From Paragordius varius (taxonomy: Eukaryota > Animalia > Nematomorpha), in contig OZ176057.1 in NCBI GenBank assembly GCA_964247055.1, positions 3,534,001 to 3,598,000 on the forward strand: 64,000 nt of DNA, written 5' to 3'. The translations under genes and the position numbers were made by a program. Below are positions 13,297 through 24,811 of the stretch, in pieces. Under the pieces are notes generated by a model. It saw only the letters and a program-made list of their open reading frames with translations. It did not search any database and was not told where the DNA came from. The stretch's first letter is position 1. Each line of letters begins with the position of its first letter.

Positions 13297-14186
13297 TTAA
13301 TATTTTGTTTCGGCGGATTTCCAAGTCACTAATATATAATATCGCTTACCAGTAGATGTAGACTCCGGTCTTTTGCCGAAGCGATTTAAATCGGTGATAG
13401 ATTGAGGCTTTAAAGTGACTACTACAATTTTACCGCTTTGGATCCAGACAAAGCCATTCAACACCGGCCCCAGCTCGATAAATTTCTTTTCATGACGCAG
13501 AATTTGCACTTTGCGATTTCCGATTCGAAATTTAATTAAGTTATGGGTACCATATCTCGAGATAATTATTTTTTCCCATGAGACATATATATAATATATT
13601 TGTGGTACATAATGCTTCTGCCAATTAATGTTTAATATCCATCATTAATAACTCTTGTACGTTGGCGTTTTCACTGTTATGTGATTTACAAGAATACTTT
13701 TTCAAATTAAAAATACACCTTTTAAATATTCAAATCTATGTTTCGCATGTTTAAAATCTTGTTTGCTATTTGCTTTAACCAATAAACGTTCAGGAGCCTT
13801 TTCTTCTGACGAAACAAAAAGAGCAATTGGTGCCGTAGTTTCAGGCACTTTCGAGATGGTTCCAAATACTAAAAATAAGACGCTATTTTTAGCAAACTCA
13901 TCTTGTGTGCGTATGTCGTTTATTCAAAAAAATGTACCAAATTAATCGTTTGCCTACTCTGTTGATGTCTTCTCTTAGTTAAATTGGTACTAACCAGGGT
14001 TTCCTCATAAAATTTAACCGGAATTTCACGGTCGGAACCGGAAATAGCTTGTATCCTAAAAAATAAAACCGTAAAGTTGGTTTCCTCAAAATAAACGGTT
14101 TTTTTAACCGGTTTTGTACATTTGAAACCGTTCCCATTTGGACCTGACTTTTCATTGGTTGATTTCCATTTAGTAGAAAAATACAT
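13297..14186 (-). other. Coding-like GC-richer island of unknown identity (broken ORFs)
   Basis: Three minus-strand stretches of 60-90 sense codons, one starting at ttttacag and one ending at a gtaagc donor-like site. They cannot be joined into one frame and show no recognisable domain. Confidence 0.25.
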
Positions 14187-15151
14187 CTGTAAAATATATG
14201 ACAGCTTTAATTAAGTATGAGACATTATATATGTGGCGGGATCTTTGTGTGCTTTCATATTGGCAATATATATATATATATATATATGCACCCAAAATTA
14301 TAAAAATTTATATATGATTGGCCAGAAAAATTAATTTAAATCTAATCCAATCCGTGGCCGTGGTTTGATTATCATAAGTATATATATACTGTGACCCATT
14401 ATTTCGTTATGGGTAGTATATTATGGACGCGGCAGTTAATGACTTTCATATATTATTTTTTAGAACTAAAAGATACAAGTAAGCGTAACCTGGCTAAATA
14501 TATCGCATTTTCCTTTTTCTAAGGAACTTTAGTATATAAAATATAGTTTTATATTAAACTATTTGATTAATACGGTAACTTTTTTCAATAGATCAAAATT
14601 TTACGTAAATAATTATGGTTGTTTTAAACATTTTCAGTAAAAATTGTCATAAATCCATTTTAATGAGATGCCTGGAAAAAATATTCTCATATGATTAATT
14701 TATTAGCAAGATAGTGTTTTAACAACACATTTTAAAATTATGTTATCATTTCTTTTGATATGAAACCAATATGATAAAATTACAAGAAAAATTCACACGT
14801 TAAATTTTATTTTAAAAACTAAAAACAATTAAAATTCCTTGTTTTGGAGGAGCTGTAACCCGGAGAATTTAAATATGGAACGGGGTGGTCCTTAAAAATT
14901 TGCAACCGAAACTGGGTTGGTAAGCCAATTGAGTGTTATTTGCTATCTACAACAAAGTACATATCACTATTCGCTTTATTAGTAATTAAGTCAATATTTA
15001 ACAACATGACATGATATTTTAATTTACAAGTGTATCCTTGAAATAAATAGAAACCAATTTAAAGGGACAAATTTTGGCAATTTTACAAATATTTGTTTGC
15101 CAACGTTCAAATCGATAAAAAAAATTCGCATATTATTATTTTGGGGTAAAA

Positions 15152-15723
15152 ATGAATATTAAACTCCTTATTCCGTTTCTACTCATTCTAGTAAGTATTT
15201 TTTTGTCATTTAAATGGACATATATTAATTTCAAGTCATTTGAATTTTGAAAAGCTCTTACTATAGTATAATATATTAGATATATTAGATAATATACTAT
15301 ACAGTGTATACAAAAATATTTAGTTAAACATATTAATTATATATAGTAATTTATCCGTAATTCATATATAATTTTAGGTATTTTATGTTTACCAATTTTT
15401 TAATTTCCCAACTGAATAAATCTTAAATCATATAAGGTATTATTAGTATTTACATAACTCTTACTTATAATTCTATCTATATATATATTTAGTTTTTAGC
15501 CATAATTGGAGGGCTTTTTGATGATATCTACAACAGTGCATTAGATGGTCAGTCAAGCCTAGTTAGTGCCCATGGTAATCGAAGGGGTCGGTCCAGAGGC
15601 GGTTGGGGTAACCGAAGAAACGGTCGGTCTTTTTCAAGGGGTCGTCCTGGAGGGTGTCGAGGTCGTCGCCCCATGGGTTCTGGTACAAGAATGTTCCGTA
15701 GAAATCGCAGAAGATTCGGATAG
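15152..15723 (+). CDS. Secreted Arg/Gly-rich cationic peptide precursor (89 aa); exons 15152-15190, 15493-15723
   Basis: MNIKLLIPFLLIL|FLAIIGGLFDDIYNSALDGQSSLVSAHGNRRGRSRGGWGNRRNGRSFSRGRPGGCRGRRPMGSGTRMFRRNRRRFG*. Perfect gtaagt donor, phase-0 intron inside the signal peptide, AATAAA directly after the stop. Confidence 0.85.
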
Positions 15724-16830
15724 AATAAATGCTAAGAAAATGTTACAAATCATATAATAATGCAATAAATTTAATTTAGAGTTTATAATATAAAACTTGT
15801 AGTTTATTATTTAGCATTATGTGGATTGGGGTAACAACAGACAGAGCTGACCATCTATTTGAGGGGTAGCCGCCTGACGGGTTCTGGCGCAAGAGTGTTT
15901 GGCAGGAGTCACAGAAGATCAGAATAAATGAATATAAAATACAGTAAAAACTGAAATTATACGGACAAAATGTAAAAATGTAAAGACATAAATTTTTTTC
16001 TAAAAGACAACCATACTTTTTAAATCTAGATTTATATCAATATAACTCATTGCTTTAAATGGAAAGTTTGAAATAGAGATATATAATACTAAATTTATAC
16101 ATTTGTAACTAATTTTATATGAGAAACAATAAGGTTTTGAGTATGGTTGTCTTTTAGAATAATAATATGTCTTTATATTTTTACGTTTTGTCCGTATAAT
16201 TTCGATTTTTTGTATATCAATTAGATTTTAAAATGCATTTCTAGTTTTTCATTTAGTTTTAATTGCCGGAACTTTAATTTAGAGTAGATATTGTGTAACA
16301 GACAAGGCTGGCCATCTTTTTTTGGCGGATCATCGCCCGACGGGTTCTGGTTTCGCCTATAAGTCGCAGAAGATTTGAAAATATATGAGTTTAATGCAAT
16401 AGATGTAATCTGGAGTTTATAATGTAAGATTTCTAGTTTTCCATTTTCTTTTCGTGCAAGATCGCTTTTATGAAAGAAAATGTGGAATGGGTGGGGGGGG
16501 TAACAAACGGCAATTTTTTGGGTCGACATGGAAAATGTTGAAGTCTCGCCTGTCGGGCTTTGGTACGAGAATTTCAAGTAGGAGTCGTACAGTAGGATAG
16601 AAAAAATGCTGTGAAAGGATAAAATTTAATTTAGAATCAATTAATTATAGGGTTCTATTATTTCATTTAATTTTGATTCTAGACGGATTTTATTATAAAG
16701 TTAAGACGGAGCGGATGATTCTTTCGCGAGTTCGTTGCCCGACAGGCTATGGTCCAAGATGTTACGCCGGAGTCGCAAATTCATGGTTAAAATTATTGCT
16801 GTAAAAATGAAATAAATTTGTGTTAAAATT
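15600..16830 (+). repeat. Tandem array of five ~190-215-bp units derived from the 3' end of the 15152-15723 peptide gene
   Basis: The core cgtcgccccatgggttctggtacaagaatg recurs with ggttctgg-like anchors at 15675, 15879, 16342, 16555 and 16744. The 463-bp gap equals ~190 bp plus a 271-bp MITE. Confidence 0.8.
15942..16212. mobile_element. MITE family A (TA-flanked, Tc1/mariner-type non-autonomous)
   Basis: ta-cagtaaaaactgaaattatacggacaaaatgtaaaaatgtaaagacat ... atgtctttatatttttacgttttgtccgtataatttcgattttttg-ta. ~45-bp TIRs and internal aaaagacaaccatact/agtatggttgtctttt. Confidence 0.85.
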
Positions 16831-18217
16831 AATGCTGTTTTACTAGTTTTTCATTTATTATATGCCATATTTATTAGCTTATAAGCAATAAAATTTTGAC
16901 TTTTTCTTTATTTATTGCTAATAATAACCCTATGCATCCACAGAAATAGAAATTATAAATTTTTCATTTGTTTATTTCTTACAAAAATTATTCTTCGCAT
17001 CTTTACAACTTAAGCTAGAAAAAAACAATGAAAATTCATAATGTGCTCATATATTTCTCCTTAAAACAACATAAAAGGACATTAGCATGTCTATATTTTT
17101 GGGAGTTCGTTGCATGTTTTTATAGAGATTAAGTAGTAAAATGTAAAAATGATGGTAAATTAAAATCTTTTAAGAAAGTTTTATTTCGGTCAAAATAAAT
17201 AATACTTATGGAATATGTTGGAACTTTTGCTTTAAAATTCACAATCAATTAAATAAAATTGTAAAATTCAATCACGATAAAATTATGAAACTGTTCATCC
17301 AAATTTGGTAAATGTCAATTGAAAAAATGGATTGAAAGGTTATTGATAACTGGGAATGAAAGAAATATAAAACAAAATGACAGAACTGGCTCGATGATGT
17401 AAAATAATGTTCCCTACATGGAAGAATCCACCATCTCATTAGAATCGTCTAATCCAGGGTTTCCTAAACTTTTGTGATTCCCGACCCCATTTATGATTGC
17501 GAGTTTCTTAACGATCCCAATAAATATAAAAGAAATTATATTATTTGATGATATATTTATCAGGTAACATTATACATATGCATATGAAAATATATAAATT
17601 TAGTATTCATTATGAAACATATAAAAATCTAAGATTGAAATTTGCACAAAATGTTATAGAAATGTTTTTATTATAGTTTCAAAACAAAAGTGGATTCTGA
17701 ACATCTTAATTCTCTCGAATATATCCAAGTAGATGCGTAGTAAATATTAAATTAGAGCTTATGAATCATACAATGTCTAAAGGAATTTAACACGAAATGT
17801 TTATATAGATTCTTCGAAAACACACTAATTTTGTTGATAATATTTATCAGGAATATTTTGGTTTTAATAGATTGACAATAATAAATTTACATTTTTTATA
17901 AATTTTTTAAACATTTTCTAAATTTATCAAGATATGATAATGGTCGGAATAGAAATGCTGAAATAAACAGTCCTTCCAAACCAGAAGAATTTATTGTTTA
18001 AGAAGCCCTGGTATCTGATTAACGACCGACCGTATCCATCGATCTTACACCTGTCCAACATACATTTTGACTGTCCATATATATATTGCCTATTTTTAAA
18101 TCTGAAATGCCGCCCGCATCTCTGTATTACACCTATTATCATAATTAGCCCTCACCTTAATGCAAGTTACGCACCAACTCCGTTAAAAATCCTGATTAAT
18201 TTCAACCGTCCTAATTA

Positions 18218-18447
18218 CAGTAAAAATTTATATTATACGGACGAAACGTAAAACTAAAGGGCAAGTATTTTTTAATAAATAGATGCCTATAATTTATATT
18301 ACCCAGATTTTTCCTACTTAACCAAATAATTACCATTATCAATGTATAATTTAGAGAGTATATCCAATGATATATTATCCCTTTTGCATTTCAAAATAAT
18401 GAAATTTATTTGAACTTTTTATTATATACGTATATTTTTTTTTACTG
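18218..18447. mobile_element. MITE family A, degraded copy
   Basis: ta-cagtaaaaatttatattatacggacgaaacg ... atacgtatattttttttactg-ta. Confidence 0.6.
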
Positions 18448-18472
18448 TATTATAACCAATATCTCAAGATAT

Positions 18473-18765
18473 CCATTCACTTCAAATTCACCCTTGAAAA
18501 TATCAAATTCGCCCTTGAACAATTCAAATTCACCCTAAAATAAATTAAGTGTTTTTTCAAGATTAAAAATTAGCTATGTTTTTTAATATTTTTAAAAAAT
18601 AATATTTTGTTTAAAATTAAAATAATATTAAAAAAAATAAACTCATCGATAAACATAAATTTTATACTAATAATGAGTTATATTAGCCCAAATCACATAA
18701 TTTATTTTTAGGGTCAATTTGAATTATTCAAGGGTAGTTTAATGGTAAATTTGAATTGTAAATGG
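18473..18765. mobile_element. MITE family B (TIR built from 21-bp aattcaaattcacccttgaac repeats)
   Basis: ccattcacttcaaattcacccttgaa... / ...agggtcaatttgaattattcaagggt...gaattgtaaatgg-tata. Confidence 0.75.
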
Positions 18766-20989
18766 TATATATAAAATATCCTATTATATGGAAACCTGTT
18801 ACACTTTTGCATAGAAAAATTATATAGTTAAATTTAAAACTTAAATTAGAATTTACCCCCAATATTTAAGCTTTATAATTAATATTTTTAATTGAAATAA
18901 CCCCAAATTTTAGGCTATAGGTGTACCCCTTTAAAATATTTTTGCAGCCCGCAAGAAATTTTTAAATAAAAAATTCTATAGAAAAATTAATTTTGTTAAA
19001 TAAATTCTGACGTCTTTCCAAATGTCGGCAATGAATTAACAAAAATTGTTAAAATATACCATTTTTTAGTCAAAGACAACACTTATTCAACCAAACGCAA
19101 CATGTTTCTCAAGTATCGCAACATTTTCCAATCAAAGATAAATGAAAATTGCATTTGCATGAAAAAATGTTAAAGTTTGCTTGAAAAAAATGTTGTTTTT
19201 GACTGAAAAATGGTACAAATTGTAGTTTTTTACAATTTTCTTTTAAACTTAATAAAACTGTTAAATCCCATATTTTTTGCCAATGCGTCCCGTCGGATTT
19301 TTCAATCCCAAAAAGCGGCCCGCGAAGTTATTGGAAATTATTAAATATCAATCAAATCATATTGATCTATTATTAATACATAGATGTAAAATAATGATTC
19401 CACCTTATATAAAACTAAAAAATAATTTTTCATGGTATTTTAAGATAATGTTGACTATCTCAGATCACCGTTAAAAAACTTTGTCATTGAAAACATCACT
19501 TTTAATTATATAGAATATAAAATAAGCCGTTTCAAACGGATATTAAATATTTTATAATTAGTTTTTTACCAATATATTTGCAAAAATTTATTAAAATTAG
19601 CCATATTCCTGTTATTAGATTAAATAAATATTAAAATAGTCTTAACTTTCATCTATGATTAGATGGTATCTAAAAAAATTATTTTCATGCTGATATACAA
19701 TATTATTGTTGATCATAGGTTTGGTTTTGGATTTATAAATGTAATCGTACCTCTTTCAAAAATATTTGAATAGAAGCTTCTCACGTGACATAAAACAGTA
19801 TAATATTGTGAAAATTGTTAAATGTAAAAAAAAATTTTAATATTAAAAATTTGTTTTATTCCGTATTCCTCACCCAATATTGTCACAAGTGACGCAAATG
19901 TAGATATTTGTTAAAGTAGAATAGATGTTTAGGGCAAATTTGTTTTTTTGCATATCACATTAGTTTTTAACCCCTAAAATTTGGTTTTATATACTGGTGT
20001 CATCAACTTAATAATTTAATAAGTTTTCTTGCTAGTAGAGTTTTGTTACACCTTGACTATTTCGAAATATATTTATGTAATATCATAAAAATATTAAAGA
20101 CGAACACCTTAAACCACCGATAGGGTGTGGTTGTTTTTAACCATTTTTTTAACAATTAAAAGTGTAGAATTACCAACTTTTATGTCAATAGCTATTGCCC
20201 TTGAAATATATATATATCATAAATTTTTATTTTGCACAAAGTCTGAAAATAATTGATTTAATTGAAAATGTTATTACACGGATTCTTAATCATTGCAGTA
20301 AGTAGATAATATTTGTTATATAAAATATTTATTATATAATTTTTTATTGGATTCCAATAATTCTGATAAGATTTGTAAAAGAATATTTTAGTATAACAAA
20401 AAAATATTTAATTTTATTATAATTGTATTATTTTAAAGCGATTAAAATAAGACAAAAGAAATGTTTTGTTGAAATTTTGTAATTTAATCTTTATAATTAA
20501 TTATTAAATGATTTCAATTATTAAAGTGAGTTTCTTAACTTAATCAATTTTATAACTCTATTTAAATATAATGACATCGAAACTCTAAAAATTCTCTATA
20601 TAATTTGAGTAAATTCCATAATGTCAGCTAACACTGCAATTCAAATATTGTATTAATTTAGATTATTTGAATTCATTCAGGCAAGCTTCTTAAGTATATC
20701 TTCATCCAAAAAGTAAAAATTATTTCCTTTTTTATTATTAATTTTCCCTCTCTTTTCCTACAAAAAATCTAAAATATTTGGAGAATATTATAATTCTATA
20801 GTGAAAGCATCAAAAAAAATTAATTAATTAAATACATAATCTAACTTCGTTAACTACAATATTCTCAAATTTATAACTTTTTCACATTGAAGCGCCAAAC
20901 AAATAAAACATATTTACCAGTTATATCATTTATCGGGTTTTTTTAAAAATATGATTCCGTAAGAAATCAATTATTTATATCATTTAAAA

Positions 20990-22000
20990 TATCCATCGGC
21001 ATATTCATATTTTGCCTATCTCACCAAATTTGATTTTCTCGTTTGTGGCAACCATTTGTAAGCCATTTTCCAACGTCTTCGAAATTTTTGAAGTGCAACA
21101 ACTTGAGGATGTTCTCCATAAATGCGAAGATGTATTGGTCAGATGGCTCCTAGGCAAAAGAGTACATATGCGGGAGAGTTTCCCATCAAAGAGATTTTAA
21201 CGTGTTTTTCGCTGATTTTGACATGTTAAACGGAGAGCATCGCATTAAATAACTTTGTTATATCTTGTTGTCAATCCTTGTTATTTTTCGCTTTATTCAT
21301 GGTTTATATTAATCTTTTGTCGGCGATAATGTGTAATAACGTCACCGGGTTCTAAAAGTTTTTAATATATAATACCGCTCCCATGGTCCTCTTGTCGAAG
21401 CAATTCAAACTTCGTGTTGATGGACCGGTTTGGTAAAATAAAAGCACGATTTTTTCCCTTAAATTTATAAAATAAACCCAATTTAAAATCACCGGAAATT
21501 CATTTCGTAATGTTAAAAGAGGATTTCACACCTTTTGTCATACCGGAAATTTATTTCGTAAGGTTAAAACAGGATTTTTTTGCCATTTTCGATTCGACAT
21601 CCATAATTGTGAAGCACATTTACATATATCGGTCGTTCCCATTGCTAATGGCCGTTCTACTGATTTTTTTTCTTCTACCAACTGCCGTTAAGTTTAAGTT
21701 GAGCAAACATCCAATAACTCTTGCACTTTATCGTCTGCGCAATTTTGTGGTCTACTAAAGCGCCTTATCTTTTCACATCGAATTAGCAGGTTTATTAATT
21801 CAAAACCATGTTTCATCACATGTGTAAATCGAAGTATGTTTACCATAGCTAAAAACCGGTAAACTATGACTTTTCTTTTGATAAAATATCTTTTTCAGGT
21901 ACAAAATTTGACGTGACTACTAAATATAAAAAAAATAAGACGATACCTCAGAAGTCGTTTAATGAGCAAAACGAGGAAAATTTAATCATCTGCGTATTTT
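20990..22000 (-). mobile_element. Decayed mariner (Mos1-like) transposon
   Basis: Minus-strand remnants, in order: DDKVQELLDV...ISRTAISN; GIIY*KLLEPGDVITHYRRQ...YNKVI*CDA; WETLPHMYSFA*EPSDQYIFAFMENIL...HFKNFEDVGKWL. These are the mariner HTH, GVLYYELL.PGET and WEVLPHPPYSPDLAPSDY motifs, with many stops and frameshifts. Confidence 0.85.
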
Positions 22001-22264
22001 TCACTAATGTTTTACTCAATCAAACCGGTAATAACTTATAACTAAACCTGGTTAAAATCTAGTTGCGAAAAAAGGCAAAGCCAAACTTTTTAATGTTTAA
22101 ATGCAGTTAGTTACAGATTCTAGATCATGCTTTATAGATGTCGGAAAATAATGTAAATAAATGTCATATATGAAATCATACAAGAATATAACTTTAATAT
22201 CTCCTAAACATATATAATCAAATAATTAAGATACCACAACTTTTTTATTTTATATTGGAAATAG

Positions 22265-22513
22265 GTTCTACTATTGGTCGTAGACATAAATGGAAGAATA
22301 AACCATCAAAATTTTGTTGATGCCAGCATTCAAGCTAACTCAAGATATGGGAATGGTAGACGTCATAATAATAGGGGAGGATCACGGGGTCGTCGGGGTT
22401 CTTTTGGTAGATTTTTCGGAGGTCAGCGAGGTGGGAGATTTTTCAATCGGACACGCTTTTTTAATCAAACTAACAGAACTTTTTTTAACAATTTCTTTTG
22501 GCGACGTGGGTAA
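22265..22513 (+). CDS. Last exon of a secreted Arg/Gly/Phe-rich cationic peptide precursor; first exon uncertain (candidate 20508-20525)
   Basis: aatag|VLLLVVDINGRINHQNFVDASIQANSRYGNGRRHNNRGGSRGRRGSFGRFFGGQRGGRFFNRTRFFNQTNRTFFNNFFWRRG*. An in-frame TAG sits immediately upstream, so a phase-0 splice is required. AATAAA at ~22568. Confidence 0.72.
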   Translation, partial: VLLLVVDINGRINHQNFVDASIQANSRYGNGRRHNNRGGSRGRRGSFGRFFGGQRGGRFFNRTRFFNQTNRTFFNNFFWRRG

Positions 22514-23390
22514 TTAGCCAATAATTATTGGATGATTCTTTTCTATACTTTTATTGCACGTTTTAATAATAAATGAGCGTTTTAACGTTGGTGTGATAGT
22601 TAGAAAATTGGTGGCTTTTAGTTTTTTAGTGGTTGAAATTGAAACATATGTTTATTTATTCAACACTTCAATACATTTTCCCTTTTTTGTAAGCGATGAT
22701 ATTGTGGGATAGTTTTTGAGCTCAAAATGGGAAACAAATTATTGTTTTGAAAGTTTTTTTTGTGATTTAATACTTCTCAAACCCTTTTTTCCTAGATTAG
22801 AAAAAATATATCGAAATCTCACAGTTTTAATATATAGCACCAAATTTAGATGGTTTCTAAATACGATTAAAACGAACACTTAATATATTTAAAATCAATA
22901 AATATTAAATTTTTTGGTAAATCGTAAGTCTAAAGTATTCCAAAGTCAATTATATATATTTTAATATAAATTTTTGCCTGTTGTGTCCACGATTTGATAA
23001 AATAAAAAATAGAGGCAAAAAATTTAGGCCGAGAATTTTTTAACAATTTTACATTTTTTTTAAAAAAAATTTATGCCTCTAAAAGGCTAAAAAATCATAT
23101 GTTTTTATTTGGCTCAGTGCTATGGTATTAAACTGCCCAAAAAGGTCAGGCGCTAAATGATAACATTTGTAAATAAGGGCAAAGGTGATTTTTATAACAG
23201 ATGTAAATGGTCCCAATTTGATAAAATAATTTTTATTGTCAAAATAATGTTCTCATAAGACTTTTAAAAGTATATAAAATAAATTTTACATATTAAGTCA
23301 CATATTTTGTACATACAATATTTGCTAAAGAATCAATTAAAAACTTATTTATAACGAAACACATACTAATAATATATAGTTTAGTTAGAG

Positions 23391-23554
23391 CAGTGGTACT
23401 CTCTCAAATTTAAGGGCCGCATAAGACATTTATCTAGGAGCCTGCACTGATAGTTCTTTGCCATATAAGCAGGTATTTAACTTTAAAAAGGCATATCAAA
23501 AAATAAAATTAACAATTCAGAGCCATAATTGAGCTCGCAGTTTAAGAACCATTG
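23391..23554. mobile_element. Small hAT-like MITE
   Basis: cagtggtactc...ggccgca...gctcgcagtttaagaaccattg ends, typical of hAT non-autonomous elements. The 8-bp flanks match only partly. Confidence 0.45.
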
Positions 23555-24463
23555 GTTTAAAGTCTCCATAGTGTACAAATTCGGTGCCCTGCCAACCATA
23601 ACACAAAATTAAACCACTAAATTAATCATTAGAGTTGCACCGATTTTGTCTAAAGATCTAGTCACGTGCTCATATAACAAAAAAGCATTTTAAATATGTC
23701 CACTGAATAGTTTTTAGATGAATAATTTGCCTTTTTAAGTTCTGTTTATACAAATCGCAAAACTACCTTTAAAAATGGAAAGTGTCTACAGTGGTTCCCA
23801 AAAGGGGGCCACCCGCCCCAAGAGGGCGGAAAAAAATTGGAGAAACGACCTTAAATCTATATATTTCCCAATCCTTTATCTGAATGATCCGTTAACCTAA
23901 CAATAAATCTTTATGATAATAAACCCTTTTCCAAGAGTTCAGGAAAAGGCATTTTAATTTAAATATTATTCAACTGATAAAATTACTCTGCTATTTTTAA
24001 TATCGAAAAATTTTGGATAAAAGCGCAGAACCCTTATTTAAAGTTATCTTGAATAGGCTTAGTTTTGATACCTTTTGGATCAACGATTTAATTGGATTTT
24101 CAACCTTCGTTCAACTCAAAATAGAAACAAATCGAAGAATGGTCAGGTGCAAATTATCAAAATTTTTACCCGATATGATTGATGAATATAATAATAAATT
24201 TTGCATTTTTATAGTTTTCGGAGGGGGGGGGGGGGGAGGGCACAAGAAATTTCTTTCAAGGTATTTTTTATTTTTTTTATCTAATAATACAAATTTACAG
24301 TAAAAAATTAAATATAACTTTATAATTTATATATATATTTATAGATACAAATATTTGCTATCATAAAAATTGTAGAAAAAGTTTTAATAGATTTTTTCCC
24401 AATTATATAGCTCACGGTACTCCAACAATTGGTTCACCATAAAGTTAATTGTTTACATATATA

Positions 24464-24811
24464 CCATTTACAGTTCAAATTCACCCTTAAACAATTCAAA
24501 TTCACCCTTGAACAATTCAAATTCACTCTAAAAATAAATTATGTATTTTCGAACTGATTTAACTCATTATTCAAATGAAATATATGTTTATGTTATAGTG
24601 TATTATTATACAGTATTATTTTAATTTAAAACAAAATTTTTATTTTTTAAAAATATATAAAAATATTGGTAATTTCTAATCTTAAAAAACTATATTTTAT
24701 TTGAGGGTGAATTTGAATTGTTCGAAGTTGAATTTGAATTGTTCAAGGGTGAAATTGAATTGTTCAAGGGTGAATTTGAATAGTTTAAGGGTGAATTTGA
24801 ACTGTAAATGG
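24464..24811. mobile_element. MITE family B, full copy
   Basis: tata-ccatttacagttcaaattcacccttaaacaattcaaattcacccttgaac... / ...aagggtgaatttgaactgtaaatgg-tata. Confidence 0.85.

Noticed and set aside
15566-15757. Val/Glu-rich ORF MPMVIEGVGPEAVG...
   Set aside because: Shifted-frame shadow of the Arg/Gly peptide exon; the other frame joins a signal exon with a perfect donor.
16221-16577. 118-aa minus-strand ORF
   Set aside because: Antisense to the GC-richer repeat units, with no domain or splice support.
15600-16830. Repeat-spacer look suggesting a CRISPR array
   Set aside because: Eukaryotic context, ~200-bp diverged units derived from a coding exon, no identical short repeats and no cas genes.
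22314-22517. Overlapping ORF MLMPAFKLTQD...
   Set aside because: Alternate frame of the RG/FF peptide exon; the other frame matches the architecture of the neighbouring genes.
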